This document shows, piece by piece, positions 9,775-20,398 of a stretch of DNA of 40,811 nucleotides. This DNA is from a virus (Duplodnaviria; Caudoviricetes), in the IMG/VR virus record IMGVR_UViG_3300024518_004288, positions 1 through 40,811 of that record; one strand, 5' to 3'. A program made the position numbers and the translations under genes. Within the stretch, counting starts at the first letter, position 1; each line of letters starts with the position of its first letter. The notes beneath the pieces were generated by a model that was given only the letters and a program-made list of their open reading frames with translations, did not search any database and was not told the origin of the DNA.

Positions 9775-10551
9775 TTACAATAAATCTGCCGTAGTGATCT
9801 CCTCGTTTATAGTTAGGCCATCAGCTATAGAACCACCGATAGTTCTAAATGTTAAACATACTCCAATCCGCTCGCAGACATCGTTTATTGGTATTCTAAC
9901 CTTCCACTCACTTCTTGTATCTATATTAATAGAGATCATATAAAGGAAGTCATTTGAGTACTTCTCTTCGGTCTCGCCCCCAGTAGACAGTACCTTTATA
10001 TGGAGTCCGGCACGCTCTAGCTCCCGACGACGAGTTCCCATAAGGGTTACTTTTATAATATCAGCAATTTCCTCGCGATCCATTTCATTCTCAGCTATAA
10101 CCTTGACCTCAAAAGTCTGATCCCATGCTCCAGCCAAAGTGTGATATGCTGGAGTGGTAATGACCGTCTGGTTTCCATAGCCGTCTATCAATAATTCACG
10201 CCTATTAATAACCGACAATAAGTTCTGATTAAAGGCTATGGGAACATACCTGCTGCCAGTGCTCTTAACTATAATAGACGGATTGAATTTTATGTCATAT
10301 CTAAACGTACTGCCTATGAAAACTCTAGTGGTACTGGTATCATCTAGACCCGCTTCCGGATCAAGACCTAAGTGAGACGGTGTTTTGGGAAATCCAAAAA
10401 CATCCTGCACGTATTTGTACTGACGATCCTGGGCAAAAATATCCCTTAGCATATCTATTAGGATATTCTTTCCATGCACAACTCCAGTCTGCTGAACTAC
10501 ATTTTCCAGACTGAATATATCAGATACAACTCTATGTGAACCTATTGGCAT
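9775..10551 (-). CDS. Putative tail terminator / tail completion protein (258 aa)
   Basis: Immediately upstream of the sheath gene. Pattern FNPSIIVKSTG...FEVKVIAENEMDREEIADII...LYMISINIDTRSEW resembles tail-completion folds. Call is synteny-based. Confidence 0.55.
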   Translation of the reverse strand: MPIGSHRVVSDIFSLENVVQQTGVVHGKNILIDMLRDIFAQDRQYKYVQDVFGFPKTPSHLGLDPEAGLDDTSTTRVFIGSTFRYDIKFNPSIIVKSTGSRYVPIAFNQNLLSVINRRELLIDGYGNQTVITTPAYHTLAGAWDQTFEVKVIAENEMDREEIADIIKVTLMGTRRRELERAGLHIKVLSTGGETEEKYSNDFLYMISINIDTRSEWKVRIPINDVCERIGVCLTFRTIGGSIADGLTINEEITTADLL

Positions 10552-11159
10552 TAAACCACCTCAACGAATTTTTGTCCTTCCTCTAGTGAATCCGGAACCT
10601 CGAAATTTTTATTAACCGGTACTAACTTGGTTCCGTCGTATTCTCCCTCATACAGAGCTACATATTTTCCAGGTGCCAGCTGACTCATCCAATGACCAGC
10701 TCTATTTGTTTTCGTCTCCTTAACTATCTTATCAGTCGAATCGAAAATCTTAACCGACAGCCCGGATAGAGGAAGTTCGCCATCCCCAGAATCTACTAGC
10801 ATTTTACCCTTACACATAATAGTTTTCGGTACAGCTCTATTCTTATGTGATGCTGCAGCCGGCCCGCCCATTTTGCTAGCGTCGGTCTGCTCAAATTTAA
10901 ACTGCATGGGTCTCTTGTTTTCTATCTTAGCCCTAGCTTTTTTTATCTCTTCCTCTGCGCTTACAACAGCTCTAGGCTTGGGGGCTATCGCTGTGGACCA
11001 ATCAGCTAACGGTGTACCAGCAGCTTTCGTAGCCATCTCAGCTATCCGAGCTGTGTTGGCTATGCGCTTTATGTTTTGATCCATAACTTTCATCTGCGCC
11101 TCTAGGGCATTCACTTTTCTTAATATCTCTTCTAACATTTCTAAACCTGAACCTGTCAT
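10551..11159 (-). CDS. Hypothetical protein with N-terminal coiled coil and C-terminal prealbumin/Cna-B-like beta domain (202 aa)
   Basis: C-terminal PLSGLSVKIFDSTDKIVKETKTNRAGHWMSQLAPGKY matches the Cna-B / carboxypeptidase-regulatory-like pattern. AGGAG RBS. Confidence 0.55.
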   Translation of the reverse strand: MTGSGLEMLEEILRKVNALEAQMKVMDQNIKRIANTARIAEMATKAAGTPLADWSTAIAPKPRAVVSAEEEIKKARAKIENKRPMQFKFEQTDASKMGGPAAASHKNRAVPKTIMCKGKMLVDSGDGELPLSGLSVKIFDSTDKIVKETKTNRAGHWMSQLAPGKYVALYEGEYDGTKLVPVNKNFEVPDSLEEGQKFVEVV

Positions 11160-11170
11160 ATCTTTCTCCT

Positions 11171-14100
11171 TTAATATGTAAAGTTTACAGTAATCCCATG
11201 TATATTTATATTCGTTGGTCCACCAATAGGGGGTTCAACCTCGGCATGCGTTAGGCGCACATAGTACGAATTTTCTTTATAGTTAATTATCTCTGCAAGC
11301 AGCGGCGCAGCGGGAAACGGCTCTGGGATTCTAGTAGTGCCGCCGGGGGTGTTATTTCCATACTCTCCAGTCGGCAATGTTACGATTCCAGTAAGCGGCG
11401 TAGTGGTAATTGGAATGTTTACACTCTTTTTAAATAGGCGCGCTTCAATCTCCGCATCACCCAAAATCGTATTACCCTGCACATTAACAGAATTCAGCTT
11501 AGCCCCATTTGGTAACCCATTTATTGGGAAATATAAAATCCTTGTGCCGCTGAAAGATTCGCGGTTAATCTCCCAATAATCATTTGTACTTTTCATAACC
11601 CAGTGAGATATACCTGCATATCCATCACTAGCAAGATGGGTTTCAAATCCAGAAACACCGGATGAAGCAGGCAGACTTATAGAGTCAGTTAGACCAACAT
11701 TAAATCCTAAAATATTACTGTTAGTAACAGTCAATGATGGCGTCTGCCCAACTGCATTTCCGTCAGCGTCGCCATCAGGAAAACGATTGCCAGCTACAAA
11801 ACAAGTGCTAACAGTGCTGCCGCCAGAGCTAACATCTGCCAAAATTATAGATCCACTAAGTATACTGGTCGCATGGACATTGTTATTAACGATTGTAAGA
11901 TCTGATACTGTAGTGCTGTTGGAGAAAATTGCAACGCTGACTTCGCCGCCAACTGAATTCCCGCTAATCAATGTTCTAGAAACAGCATTCAGCTGAATGC
12001 CCGCGGCAAGTTGATCCGGCGAGGTTTGCTTTGATACATTGTAGAGTTTATTATTAGCCACCACATGATCGTTTCCATACAGATCAATCATCTTGGATAT
12101 CTTGTCAGTCGATACAGTGTTATCAGTTATTCTGACGCGATCAGACGCTGAGCTGATATTGCTTATTCCAATTGAGCTGGTAGCGAACCGCATGTCAGAA
12201 ATCGTATTGCCTTGTATATCTACGTCACTCACCTGGACATAAATCCCATAAAGCTCGAAAGCATATGTAGCTATGGTCTCAGCGCTCAAATGATTATCAG
12301 ATATCTTTGTTCTAGCGCCGGTCCACCTAATTCCTATTTCACCAGGGCCAACCAAAGTGTTACCAGATATGGTAGACCATGGTGCAACACCTCGTATGTA
12401 ATGCGCCTCAGTACCCAGGCTTCTCAAAACATTGTTGGTTATGTTTACCCGGCCTGAAGAGTTAGAGAATTCAATACCACGGAGGACATCGCCATTTTTC
12501 AACACATTTCCGTCGATCTTAGCTGCCGTAACACGATCTCCAAAGGATATCATAGCTGTGCCAGTTCTACTAGCGCCAGAAACTCCACACCTAAATACAG
12601 AATTATTAGTAATTTCGGCGTCAGTTATGTCATCAAAATACATTCCGAATACATTATTGTCGTCTAATTTTACACCAGTAATGTAGTTTCCGGTAACAAA
12701 TAGGTTGCCGACTTTGTTTCCTGTTCCACTGGGAGATAGCTCACTGGCCACACGAATTCCATTGGATACTGTATTTTCGGCCTCATGGACAACACTATTG
12801 GTGTCTACTCTTAGAACACTTATACTCTCTCGAACGTCAACTGAAATGCCTCTAATATCTGTGGGCTGAACAACGCTTGGAATCTTTATTACGTTGTTGG
12901 TTATTCGAACCGTGTCTACAGATCTAGTTAGCGTGCTTACTTTGATACCCTCGGACAATCCACCAGTACCACTAAGATTTGTTATAGTGTTATTATGTAT
13001 AAGCAAATCCTCTGATCCACTAAGACTTACAACCCCAGAGAACACATTATCTATTAAGTTGTTGATGACCCTGATATTACTAGACGCATTGCTAGTGATC
13101 TCTACAGCGATATCATTACTGTTTGAAGATATAGTGTCGCCAAACTTAAACATGCAGCTATCTACGGTTACATTTGATCCAGCTATACTAACTAGTGGTG
13201 CACCTAGAGAAACCACAGAGCTTTCTATCGCTACATTCTCTAACACATTACTGCCACTTAGAGTAATAAAACTGCCACCCAGTGCGTTGGTATTTAGTAT
13301 TCTATGCTTACCTTCGCCGCCAAGTGGAGAGTACCCTCGTATAGAAACACCCTCTGGGACTGTCATACGCTCTTGAGGGGACACTGTATTAAGTATTCTG
13401 ATCGTTAAGCGCTCGTTGTCCGGATACCTCTCAGCATACAGCAGGGCGCCTTCCAAACTCCTAAAGTTACCAACTACATTGTTGCTCTCATCAACTATAA
13501 GCTCTACCTTATCATCTATATTGTTGATGAACAGCCTTAGATCAGTAACAGTGCCAAGCCCGCCATTTACAATTTGAATCTGATACAGCGGCAAAACTTT
13601 ACCGAACGCGGCGGAGGCATTATATCCATCAACCAGAAACTCTCCCAAATCGTCACTAAATATCTGAATCGATCCAAATTCATTTATACCTATAATCCTA
13701 GTTGCATTATTTAGTATACTGCCTTCTTCGTCGTGAGATGGTACTGTTACCTTTTGCGTCTCAACCGGAATCCTAACACCATTAACATAGGCAACTCCGC
13801 CTTGTAGTGGCAGTGCTTCCATGTTTAGAGTAGTATCGAAAAACGGTATGTCCAGTACGTCGAACCCTCTGGCAACCCCATTAGATCTCAAGTCCTTTAC
13901 CGGAGTCTGACTAAACACCTCTATAAAGCTATCATTAACTTCGTCAGAACTTAGACTTCCGAACTGCCGATTGTCTATTAAACTAGTAATCGAAAGTGTT
14001 CCGTTGAAATGTGCAGTACACAACTTCATTGCTTCATCTGCGACCAATGATTCATTTACGGTTACAACCTCAATGCCACCTGGTATAATCCCCGGTATCA

Positions 14101-16294
14101 CGCGAACAGTAAGAAACTCTATATTATTTGAGTGGAACAACTTAAACGTGCCCTTAAAATTCTCATGTATGGTCGCCGTAGTACCAGATACCGTATCGTC
14201 TATTATATTAAATGTAGCAAGATTGCCATCTAGTCCGACAACCAGCGTTACGTCACCTACTGGGAAATTACTAGAAACGTTGATCAACTCGATAGCTGAT
14301 CCAAGATTTGTACCGTACTGTAACTTTTGATGCAGTAGCGTTTGACCAGCAGAGTCTATAAGCACCTGCACCAGGCCCTGTTCTATCTCAGTGCTTTCCA
14401 GAACATCTAGTGAGATATTTGCATCTGTGAAACTAACATTAAACGTGGTTCCTGTGGATGGAGCATTGATAGTCTCAGCGCTAAACAGAGATACAGTCGT
14501 AGAGTTAGCAGAAAATAAAGTATAGCTTCCGTTAGTTGCTAAAGTCGGATGGCCTGTTACATGCATTACCGACCCAGGTCCAACACCGAATCGAAGCGGG
14601 TTTAGTGCCCGATTAGTAGTATTGTCGTAAACTATGAAGGTAGAAGTTGCCGCATCGATTCTTCCATACCCATCGACAGCAGTTCTTACAGAATTTAGAG
14701 ATCTACCATTTACTGTGTAGATGTTATTGGCGTTCCCTACTATAGTGCTACCAACAACATTTGCTCCGTATGCATCAAGGCCCAAGGGAAAGTTACCAGT
14801 GTATCCGTCTATAACCTCAAGCGTGAAATTCGCTCCAGTTAGGTTATGTGCGATGGCTAGCTCATTGCCAACTCTGTATGCAGTAATAGGGAAGTTATGC
14901 CCCAAATCAGGATCGGATACAAATGCATTAATCCTTTCCGCAACTGACTGAGAGTTCACCGGAGCCGCCTGATTAGTTTGTAAGCGTTCCAAGTGTAATG
15001 ATGGTATTATGAGATCTCTCGTAAGACCACTACCGACCCCGGCACGAATTGCTACCTCATATCCGTCTTCGTTGAAAACCGTTCCGTTAAATCCTAAGCT
15101 TACAACGCGAGCAGCATTAGGCGGAAGAATAGAAATGGTATCGACTATGGTTTCATTATTACGAGCAGCACATGCTAAGGGTGCCAGTTCGCTAGAAACA
15201 GACGCTGGCTTATATATATTAACAGATACTCCATCGCCAGCGGCGCGGCTCTCTACAAATGTATGAAATATAGCAAGCTCATCAACAGCTAGAACGGGCA
15301 AGTCGCCAAGAGTGTTCGCCGATACTATAGGGCCAAACGCTCTTATCTGATATGTTCCAGCATCTTGTATTCCAGTCTGACTAACTATTTGAAGTACATC
15401 GCCTGCAGCTACGTCTAAGCTGGAGAATGAAGTTACACCAGGTATCTTTATAATGCTAGTTGCCTCGGTGTAAGTAACTGCGCTAGTTGGGCCTAATAGT
15501 TGCCGCCTAGAGTTAAACAGGGTTCCTGAATTAATATTCTTTAATATGCCATTGGAGTGAAATTCATCGATGTGGGTGATACCCAGCGCACCTTGACTCG
15601 CATCTACACTATCTAGTGCAGCCTGTACCGTTGTTACCGTTTGATCTATTGTGGTAAAGTTGGTAGTATTTACCGATAGTTCTGCAGCTATGTGTTTAAC
15701 TGCAGAAGGCAAATTCAAATTAATATGAGGGGTTATACTTGATCCATTTCCGGATAACAGTCTAGATCCTATTTCATTTATAGCGTCGCCAACTGTTGTG
15801 GCTTCCATACCAGCGACACCAGTGGTACTACCAACATTTATTTTTATGTGATAGCCATCATGAAAATTAGCCTGGCCTAAAATATGTAGATTAAGTGAAG
15901 CCGTACTACTAGAGACACCAGAAGAAATGCCATCGAAATCTGTTCGCAGAGATTGTATAAGCGCAAACAGCGAGTTAGTCGTGTGATCCAAAGCCAACTT
16001 TACTTCTTGTACGCCAGCATTAATCCCAACTTGAGTATCTGTTATTGGCAAAGTAATCAGCCCTATTCCGGTAAGAGCGTCCCTCTTGATTAAGCCGTTG
16101 GCATCTATTGATACATTTACACGATCCGCTAGACTTGCCTTGTTACCCTGAACACTTAAACCAACAGTGCTCTGAATCGCGAATATAGCATCGCGTATGG
16201 AGTTTATTGCATCTCCGCTTATTTCAGAAACATTTTGGTCAACTCGTGGTATTTCTAAGTCTGAGTCTAATGCATCAGGATAAACTGTCGTCAT
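11171..16294 (-). CDS. Large virion appendage / tailspike-like protein with C-terminal right-handed beta-helix (1707 aa)
   Basis: N-terminus shared with the 1024-aa and 880-aa neighbours (YPDALD...INSIRDAIFAIQSTVG). Repeated (I/V)x(N/G)NxI turns over roughly aa 1000-1530. Confidence 0.7.
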   Translation of the reverse strand: MTTVYPDALDSDLEIPRVDQNVSEISGDAINSIRDAIFAIQSTVGLSVQGNKASLADRVNVSIDANGLIKRDALTGIGLITLPITDTQVGINAGVQEVKLALDHTTNSLFALIQSLRTDFDGISSGVSSSTASLNLHILGQANFHDGYHIKINVGSTTGVAGMEATTVGDAINEIGSRLLSGNGSSITPHINLNLPSAVKHIAAELSVNTTNFTTIDQTVTTVQAALDSVDASQGALGITHIDEFHSNGILKNINSGTLFNSRRQLLGPTSAVTYTEATSIIKIPGVTSFSSLDVAAGDVLQIVSQTGIQDAGTYQIRAFGPIVSANTLGDLPVLAVDELAIFHTFVESRAAGDGVSVNIYKPASVSSELAPLACAARNNETIVDTISILPPNAARVVSLGFNGTVFNEDGYEVAIRAGVGSGLTRDLIIPSLHLERLQTNQAAPVNSQSVAERINAFVSDPDLGHNFPITAYRVGNELAIAHNLTGANFTLEVIDGYTGNFPLGLDAYGANVVGSTIVGNANNIYTVNGRSLNSVRTAVDGYGRIDAATSTFIVYDNTTNRALNPLRFGVGPGSVMHVTGHPTLATNGSYTLFSANSTTVSLFSAETINAPSTGTTFNVSFTDANISLDVLESTEIEQGLVQVLIDSAGQTLLHQKLQYGTNLGSAIELINVSSNFPVGDVTLVVGLDGNLATFNIIDDTVSGTTATIHENFKGTFKLFHSNNIEFLTVRVIPGIIPGGIEVVTVNESLVADEAMKLCTAHFNGTLSITSLIDNRQFGSLSSDEVNDSFIEVFSQTPVKDLRSNGVARGFDVLDIPFFDTTLNMEALPLQGGVAYVNGVRIPVETQKVTVPSHDEEGSILNNATRIIGINEFGSIQIFSDDLGEFLVDGYNASAAFGKVLPLYQIQIVNGGLGTVTDLRLFINNIDDKVELIVDESNNVVGNFRSLEGALLYAERYPDNERLTIRILNTVSPQERMTVPEGVSIRGYSPLGGEGKHRILNTNALGGSFITLSGSNVLENVAIESSVVSLGAPLVSIAGSNVTVDSCMFKFGDTISSNSNDIAVEITSNASSNIRVINNLIDNVFSGVVSLSGSEDLLIHNNTITNLSGTGGLSEGIKVSTLTRSVDTVRITNNVIKIPSVVQPTDIRGISVDVRESISVLRVDTNSVVHEAENTVSNGIRVASELSPSGTGNKVGNLFVTGNYITGVKLDDNNVFGMYFDDITDAEITNNSVFRCGVSGASRTGTAMISFGDRVTAAKIDGNVLKNGDVLRGIEFSNSSGRVNITNNVLRSLGTEAHYIRGVAPWSTISGNTLVGPGEIGIRWTGARTKISDNHLSAETIATYAFELYGIYVQVSDVDIQGNTISDMRFATSSIGISNISSASDRVRITDNTVSTDKISKMIDLYGNDHVVANNKLYNVSKQTSPDQLAAGIQLNAVSRTLISGNSVGGEVSVAIFSNSTTVSDLTIVNNNVHATSILSGSIILADVSSGGSTVSTCFVAGNRFPDGDADGNAVGQTPSLTVTNSNILGFNVGLTDSISLPASSGVSGFETHLASDGYAGISHWVMKSTNDYWEINRESFSGTRILYFPINGLPNGAKLNSVNVQGNTILGDAEIEARLFKKSVNIPITTTPLTGIVTLPTGEYGNNTPGGTTRIPEPFPAAPLLAEIINYKENSYYVRLTHAEVEPPIGGPTNINIHGITVNFTY

Positions 16295-16306
16295 TTTTTA
16301 CACCTA

Positions 16307-19300
16307 TTAAAGTACTTCGCCAATACTGGCAGCTAGTGGTGTACTCGTACCATCTAGCTCTGATATATTTCCTGCTATTGAATAACTTGACGTAACAACT
16401 CTTATATGGTTGAATCTAATGGTTGGCTCTTTATCTGATCCTGTCCCACCATCTATAAAAGTTGAGTTTAAAATTCTTACTCGTGGAGCAAAGTCAAACA
16501 TAACATTGTCAGCTAAGCCCAGCTCCGTTATTGGTATTGACGCAACATGCCGCTCTGTAACCGAATCAGATGGCAGCACGCCAGTGTTTATTGTTTTTAC
16601 TCGGGCATACTCGTCAGCCACAGTTATAGTGCTTATACCTGTTTCAACTACGACGCCAAGCTCTATGTGAGATGCTCCACTTACTCCGAATGGTCCACCC
16701 GATAATCCAGTAAAAACGAATTCGGCAAAAATATTAATGTGTGTCATACCAACCGCTTTAAATATTGATGTCTTGATTGTGTCAGGATCACTAAATTCAA
16801 ATCTTCGAGTTGTTATTGTCGGACTTAGTCCCGCAGAGAATCCACGAGCCGACAGTGTAGAGTTGTCTCCAGTAACACCAGCAGATATATAAGTGAACCC
16901 ATTGTTGTCACCAGGCTCTATTCCAGCGATATATCCGTCTCCAGATCCAGATGCTGATGCCTCGGTGAATCCCCACAAGCTTCCGGCAACCGAATTTTGC
17001 ACTTGGTCAATTCTATTGCTAAGCGAAGCTTCTGCGTTAACTAGACGCTTATCTATATTGCCAACTATCAGGCGGCGATCTAAAAAGTATCCATCGATCT
17101 CTGTGCCATTGGTTTCAAATTCAGCTATGATAGCAACCCCGCGATCATCTCCATATCCATCACCAGCAGTTAAGTCGGCGAAGGCAAACCCAGCATCGAA
17201 CTCACTTTTTACTATGTAGTTGCCATCTCGATCTAACAAAACCAATCTGCTAGCTGCACCAAACTCATCAACGGTAACATCCTTGGTCTCTACTTTGACC
17301 AATCTACCATCTACTAGCGCGTCTCCACCTCGTACCCTAAATGATAACTGATCAGAGGAAACTATCTCGAAACCACGGATAACACCATTGTTCCTGGTTC
17401 CGCTCATAACATCTTCTAGCGCAACCTGGTCCAACTTGTCCTCTGACTTGTTGTCTACCATAGCGCCTTGTAAGCGGCTGTCTGTAGAGAATTTCAAAGT
17501 AGCTAAGCCGAAGTTACCAGAATAATGCACAGATCCCACATGGAGCCTGTCGTCGGTCCCAGCAAACGTAGATACATCCATTGACTTTCTTCCAGATGTA
17601 GGAACACCGGTTACTTCAAACAGCGCATCATTTATGTTGTCTGGAGCAAATACCCGAAGCTGTCCTTGAAATCCAGTAGGTATTGTGGTCTGAACTCCGC
17701 CCTCATTGTTTTCGAACAACTGTATTACACTGGAATCAATAATCTGCCAGTCCAAACTAGTTGTGGGGAAGTCCTTAGATACTTCACGTAAAGTAACTCC
17801 ACTAAGAGGCCCATACGATACACGGAGAGATTTTGTTACAGTTCCGTAGCCATCTCCTCCGTCCTCAACGAATATATCAAACACCTCTCCGCTAGCACTG
17901 TTTTCAAAGTTAACAGAGTTCGCGGGAATCTCTAAATCGAATTCACCATTTTGAATATCGGAACTTAGAACTATGGACTGGCTATTTGGAAACGCCAATA
18001 TGTAATGTGTTCCGTTATCGGTAGGAGTTGTACTGTGATTGGTTACGTTGACTATAATTCTTCCCTCGTTTCCAATAGAAATGCCGAGAGTAGAAAGATC
18101 ACCTAGCCCTAGAGCTAATGTGTTTAGTGGCCTTGTAGTATGATTGTGATGAACCTTTACTAATGATTTCAAATCAGGAATACGCTTGCCGCCGACATAC
18201 CCGGCGTGCGTTGTTCCGGACCATTCGAAAACAGTTGATGTAACTGACCCGAATCCCAGAGTAGTTGCCGCTGAAAACTGAACATCGTCTTTTATTTGAA
18301 CAGTGAACTCTTTGCCCGGGATATTGTGAGCTATTACGAGCCGGCCACCAACGTTGTAGGCAGAGATAGGATAGTGGTCATCACAACCTTGTGCTTTAGT
18401 ATTTATCGCATCAACGACATCATCTAGGTTGTCTGTTGGAATAATAGCAGACAAAGTCACATCAAGTGCCGTGCGGCCTATTCCGCCAGCCTCTATTCTT
18501 AATACGTTGCTAACACCAACTTCCAGCGCACGAATATCTAAATCTACGCTGGTTACTCGGGCAACATTAGGTCGCATTACTTGATAAATATTTGTCGCCT
18601 TAGATGTTTCTGTTTGAAAAATAGATCCAGCTAATACAGTTTCTTTGAGATTCCCCTGTATACCCTGCTCGCCGCGAGTGTTAACGGAGACTCCATTAAC
18701 ATGTAAATTATCCTGATGAATCTCCAATGATGCTAGACCAATGTTATCTAACTCAACCAGTGCGCCCTGAACATCAATGGCAGATATGTTTTGGAACTCA
18801 TCATTAACCGAAATCCCTGTCGCAGCGTGTGCACCAGTCTCTGAGTTTTGATGAGCAGTAAATGCATTGTTTACTACGTTAAGAGCGGTCTCTACATCGT
18901 CACTACTGCGTATACCGACAGTGAGATCTATATCGTATCCATCGTGTCTATCAGCTATACCATTAAAGTGATTTATACTTCTGGCAGAATTAGCATTGAA
19001 ACTGGTTCTAAATGATTCTAAGTCAGCAGCATTGGTAGTTATCCTGTTGTTGAGAAAGGATGTACCAAAGTCAAGATCTAGTTTAACCTCTTGTATAGCA
19101 GCGCCGTCGCCGATTTGAGAGTCACTTATTGGTAAGGCGATCAGCCCTTTTGTAATCAAGGCTGAGGTTTTTATAGTCCCATCTGCATCGATTACACTAT
19201 TAACACGAGTAACTAACGACGCAGTATTGCCTTGAGGATTAACCCCTATAGCATTTTCTATGGAGAATATGGCGTCACGCAAAGAGTTAATTGCGTCACC

Positions 19301-19381
19301 GCCAACCTCAGATATATTATCATCTACTCGGGGAAGCTCAACGTCTGAGTCGATTTCGCCGGGATAAGAAGATCTGCCCAT
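16307..19381 (-). CDS. Large virion structural protein, paralogue of the 1707-aa protein lacking the beta-helix (1024 aa)
   Basis: Collinear similarity with 11171..16294: PRVDDNISEVGGDAINSLRDAIF, HDGY, PNVARVTS vs PNAARVVS, YPISAYNVGGRLVIAHN vs FPITAYRVGNELAIAHN, NGVIRGF vs NGVARGF. Confidence 0.7.
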   Translation of the reverse strand: MGRSSYPGEIDSDVELPRVDDNISEVGGDAINSLRDAIFSIENAIGVNPQGNTASLVTRVNSVIDADGTIKTSALITKGLIALPISDSQIGDGAAIQEVKLDLDFGTSFLNNRITTNAADLESFRTSFNANSARSINHFNGIADRHDGYDIDLTVGIRSSDDVETALNVVNNAFTAHQNSETGAHAATGISVNDEFQNISAIDVQGALVELDNIGLASLEIHQDNLHVNGVSVNTRGEQGIQGNLKETVLAGSIFQTETSKATNIYQVMRPNVARVTSVDLDIRALEVGVSNVLRIEAGGIGRTALDVTLSAIIPTDNLDDVVDAINTKAQGCDDHYPISAYNVGGRLVIAHNIPGKEFTVQIKDDVQFSAATTLGFGSVTSTVFEWSGTTHAGYVGGKRIPDLKSLVKVHHNHTTRPLNTLALGLGDLSTLGISIGNEGRIIVNVTNHSTTPTDNGTHYILAFPNSQSIVLSSDIQNGEFDLEIPANSVNFENSASGEVFDIFVEDGGDGYGTVTKSLRVSYGPLSGVTLREVSKDFPTTSLDWQIIDSSVIQLFENNEGGVQTTIPTGFQGQLRVFAPDNINDALFEVTGVPTSGRKSMDVSTFAGTDDRLHVGSVHYSGNFGLATLKFSTDSRLQGAMVDNKSEDKLDQVALEDVMSGTRNNGVIRGFEIVSSDQLSFRVRGGDALVDGRLVKVETKDVTVDEFGAASRLVLLDRDGNYIVKSEFDAGFAFADLTAGDGYGDDRGVAIIAEFETNGTEIDGYFLDRRLIVGNIDKRLVNAEASLSNRIDQVQNSVAGSLWGFTEASASGSGDGYIAGIEPGDNNGFTYISAGVTGDNSTLSARGFSAGLSPTITTRRFEFSDPDTIKTSIFKAVGMTHINIFAEFVFTGLSGGPFGVSGASHIELGVVVETGISTITVADEYARVKTINTGVLPSDSVTERHVASIPITELGLADNVMFDFAPRVRILNSTFIDGGTGSDKEPTIRFNHIRVVTSSYSIAGNISELDGTSTPLAASIGEVL

Positions 19382-19389
19382 TTATGCCC

Positions 19390-20388
19390 TCAATTATTAA
19401 GGTAAAATATTAAGCCCACATTAACCATGTAAGCTTGGAAGAAGCTAGCAAAAGGCGTACCTATTGATACTTCTACTCCTAAATTAAGCTCTGTATCGAA
19501 AATTGTTGGGTTGTACGCTATTCCAATGTGCTGCGCTATTTTCTCTGGATTCTCAAAATCTAGAGATGTATGACTATTAATGCCTAATCCATTCCAGGAA
19601 AAGAACTCTAGCCCTAATCCTAACGTTGTATTACCACCATCAGGAAAGGCAGTTACAGCGGCAACGGCAATTCCGCGTAGCCTAAATAAGTCTGTCCAGT
19701 TCCATTCTGGATCTATAGTTGGGGGATTGTGATACTGGAAGTCAGACTCTATGATATCTGCCTTAGCATCTGGAATTGGCTCGTACGAACCGTCTTCAGA
19801 TTGGAAAACTTCTCTTAGAACCAATCGCCGTGTTTGCAGAGATCCGTCTTCTTGCTCGTATACTTCGCCATATATCTTGAACAGCTGCTCGCTTTCGAAT
19901 GTCTCATTGCCCGGCTCAAATATATTCGGGTCGCGCAGCCTAAATCTCTTCAGGGTGTCTTCCCAATTATAACTTATAATACAATGATTAATGTCCTGGC
20001 AATCTGCATCACTTGAAACAATGGTCACTGTAGACTCTCCACTTACCTTTTGCTTAAGGCTAGCAATGGTGCGGTCCTTACTTTTAATTTTCAGATTGTG
20101 CTCTTTCTTAAATGCCTCAAACTCGTCATCCTTTTCTTCCAATTGCTGTTTAGACAATTCTTTTTGAGATACCAGTTTGGATTTAAGAACGCCCAGTTCG
20201 TGATTAGCCTCTTGTAGCTCTTGCTCTTTAGCTGTCAGTTGCCCATCTAATTGTCTCTTATACGTCTCCAATTTTTTATCATGCTCAGACTGGTCACATC
20301 CCCTAACTTGTATAAACGCAAAAACAATTGCCGCTATAATGGCTAAAAGAAAAATCTTACTATCTAGAATCTTAAATATATACTTCAT
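19390..20388 (-). CDS. Membrane-anchored coiled-coil protein, spanin-like (332 aa)
   Basis: N-terminal hydrophobic helix IFLLAIIAAIVFAFIQV followed by RGC, a charged coiled coil at about aa 35-115, and C-terminal amphipathic beta-strands ending VNVGLIFYLNN. Confidence 0.5.
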   Translation of the reverse strand: MKYIFKILDSKIFLLAIIAAIVFAFIQVRGCDQSEHDKKLETYKRQLDGQLTAKEQELQEANHELGVLKSKLVSQKELSKQQLEEKDDEFEAFKKEHNLKIKSKDRTIASLKQKVSGESTVTIVSSDADCQDINHCIISYNWEDTLKRFRLRDPNIFEPGNETFESEQLFKIYGEVYEQEDGSLQTRRLVLREVFQSEDGSYEPIPDAKADIIESDFQYHNPPTIDPEWNWTDLFRLRGIAVAAVTAFPDGGNTTLGLGLEFFSWNGLGINSHTSLDFENPEKIAQHIGIAYNPTIFDTELNLGVEVSIGTPFASFFQAYMVNVGLIFYLNN

Positions 20389-20398
20389 ACCTTACTCC

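Noticed and set aside
1-10551. Bacterial extracellular contractile injection system (eCIS/tailocin)
   Set aside because: Neck/head-closure-like genes, G/GT frameshift, HNH and phage-style small ORFs are present, and no AAA+ ATPase (Afp15-like) or host genes are seen; a phage fits better, although capsid and terminase genes are outside the window.
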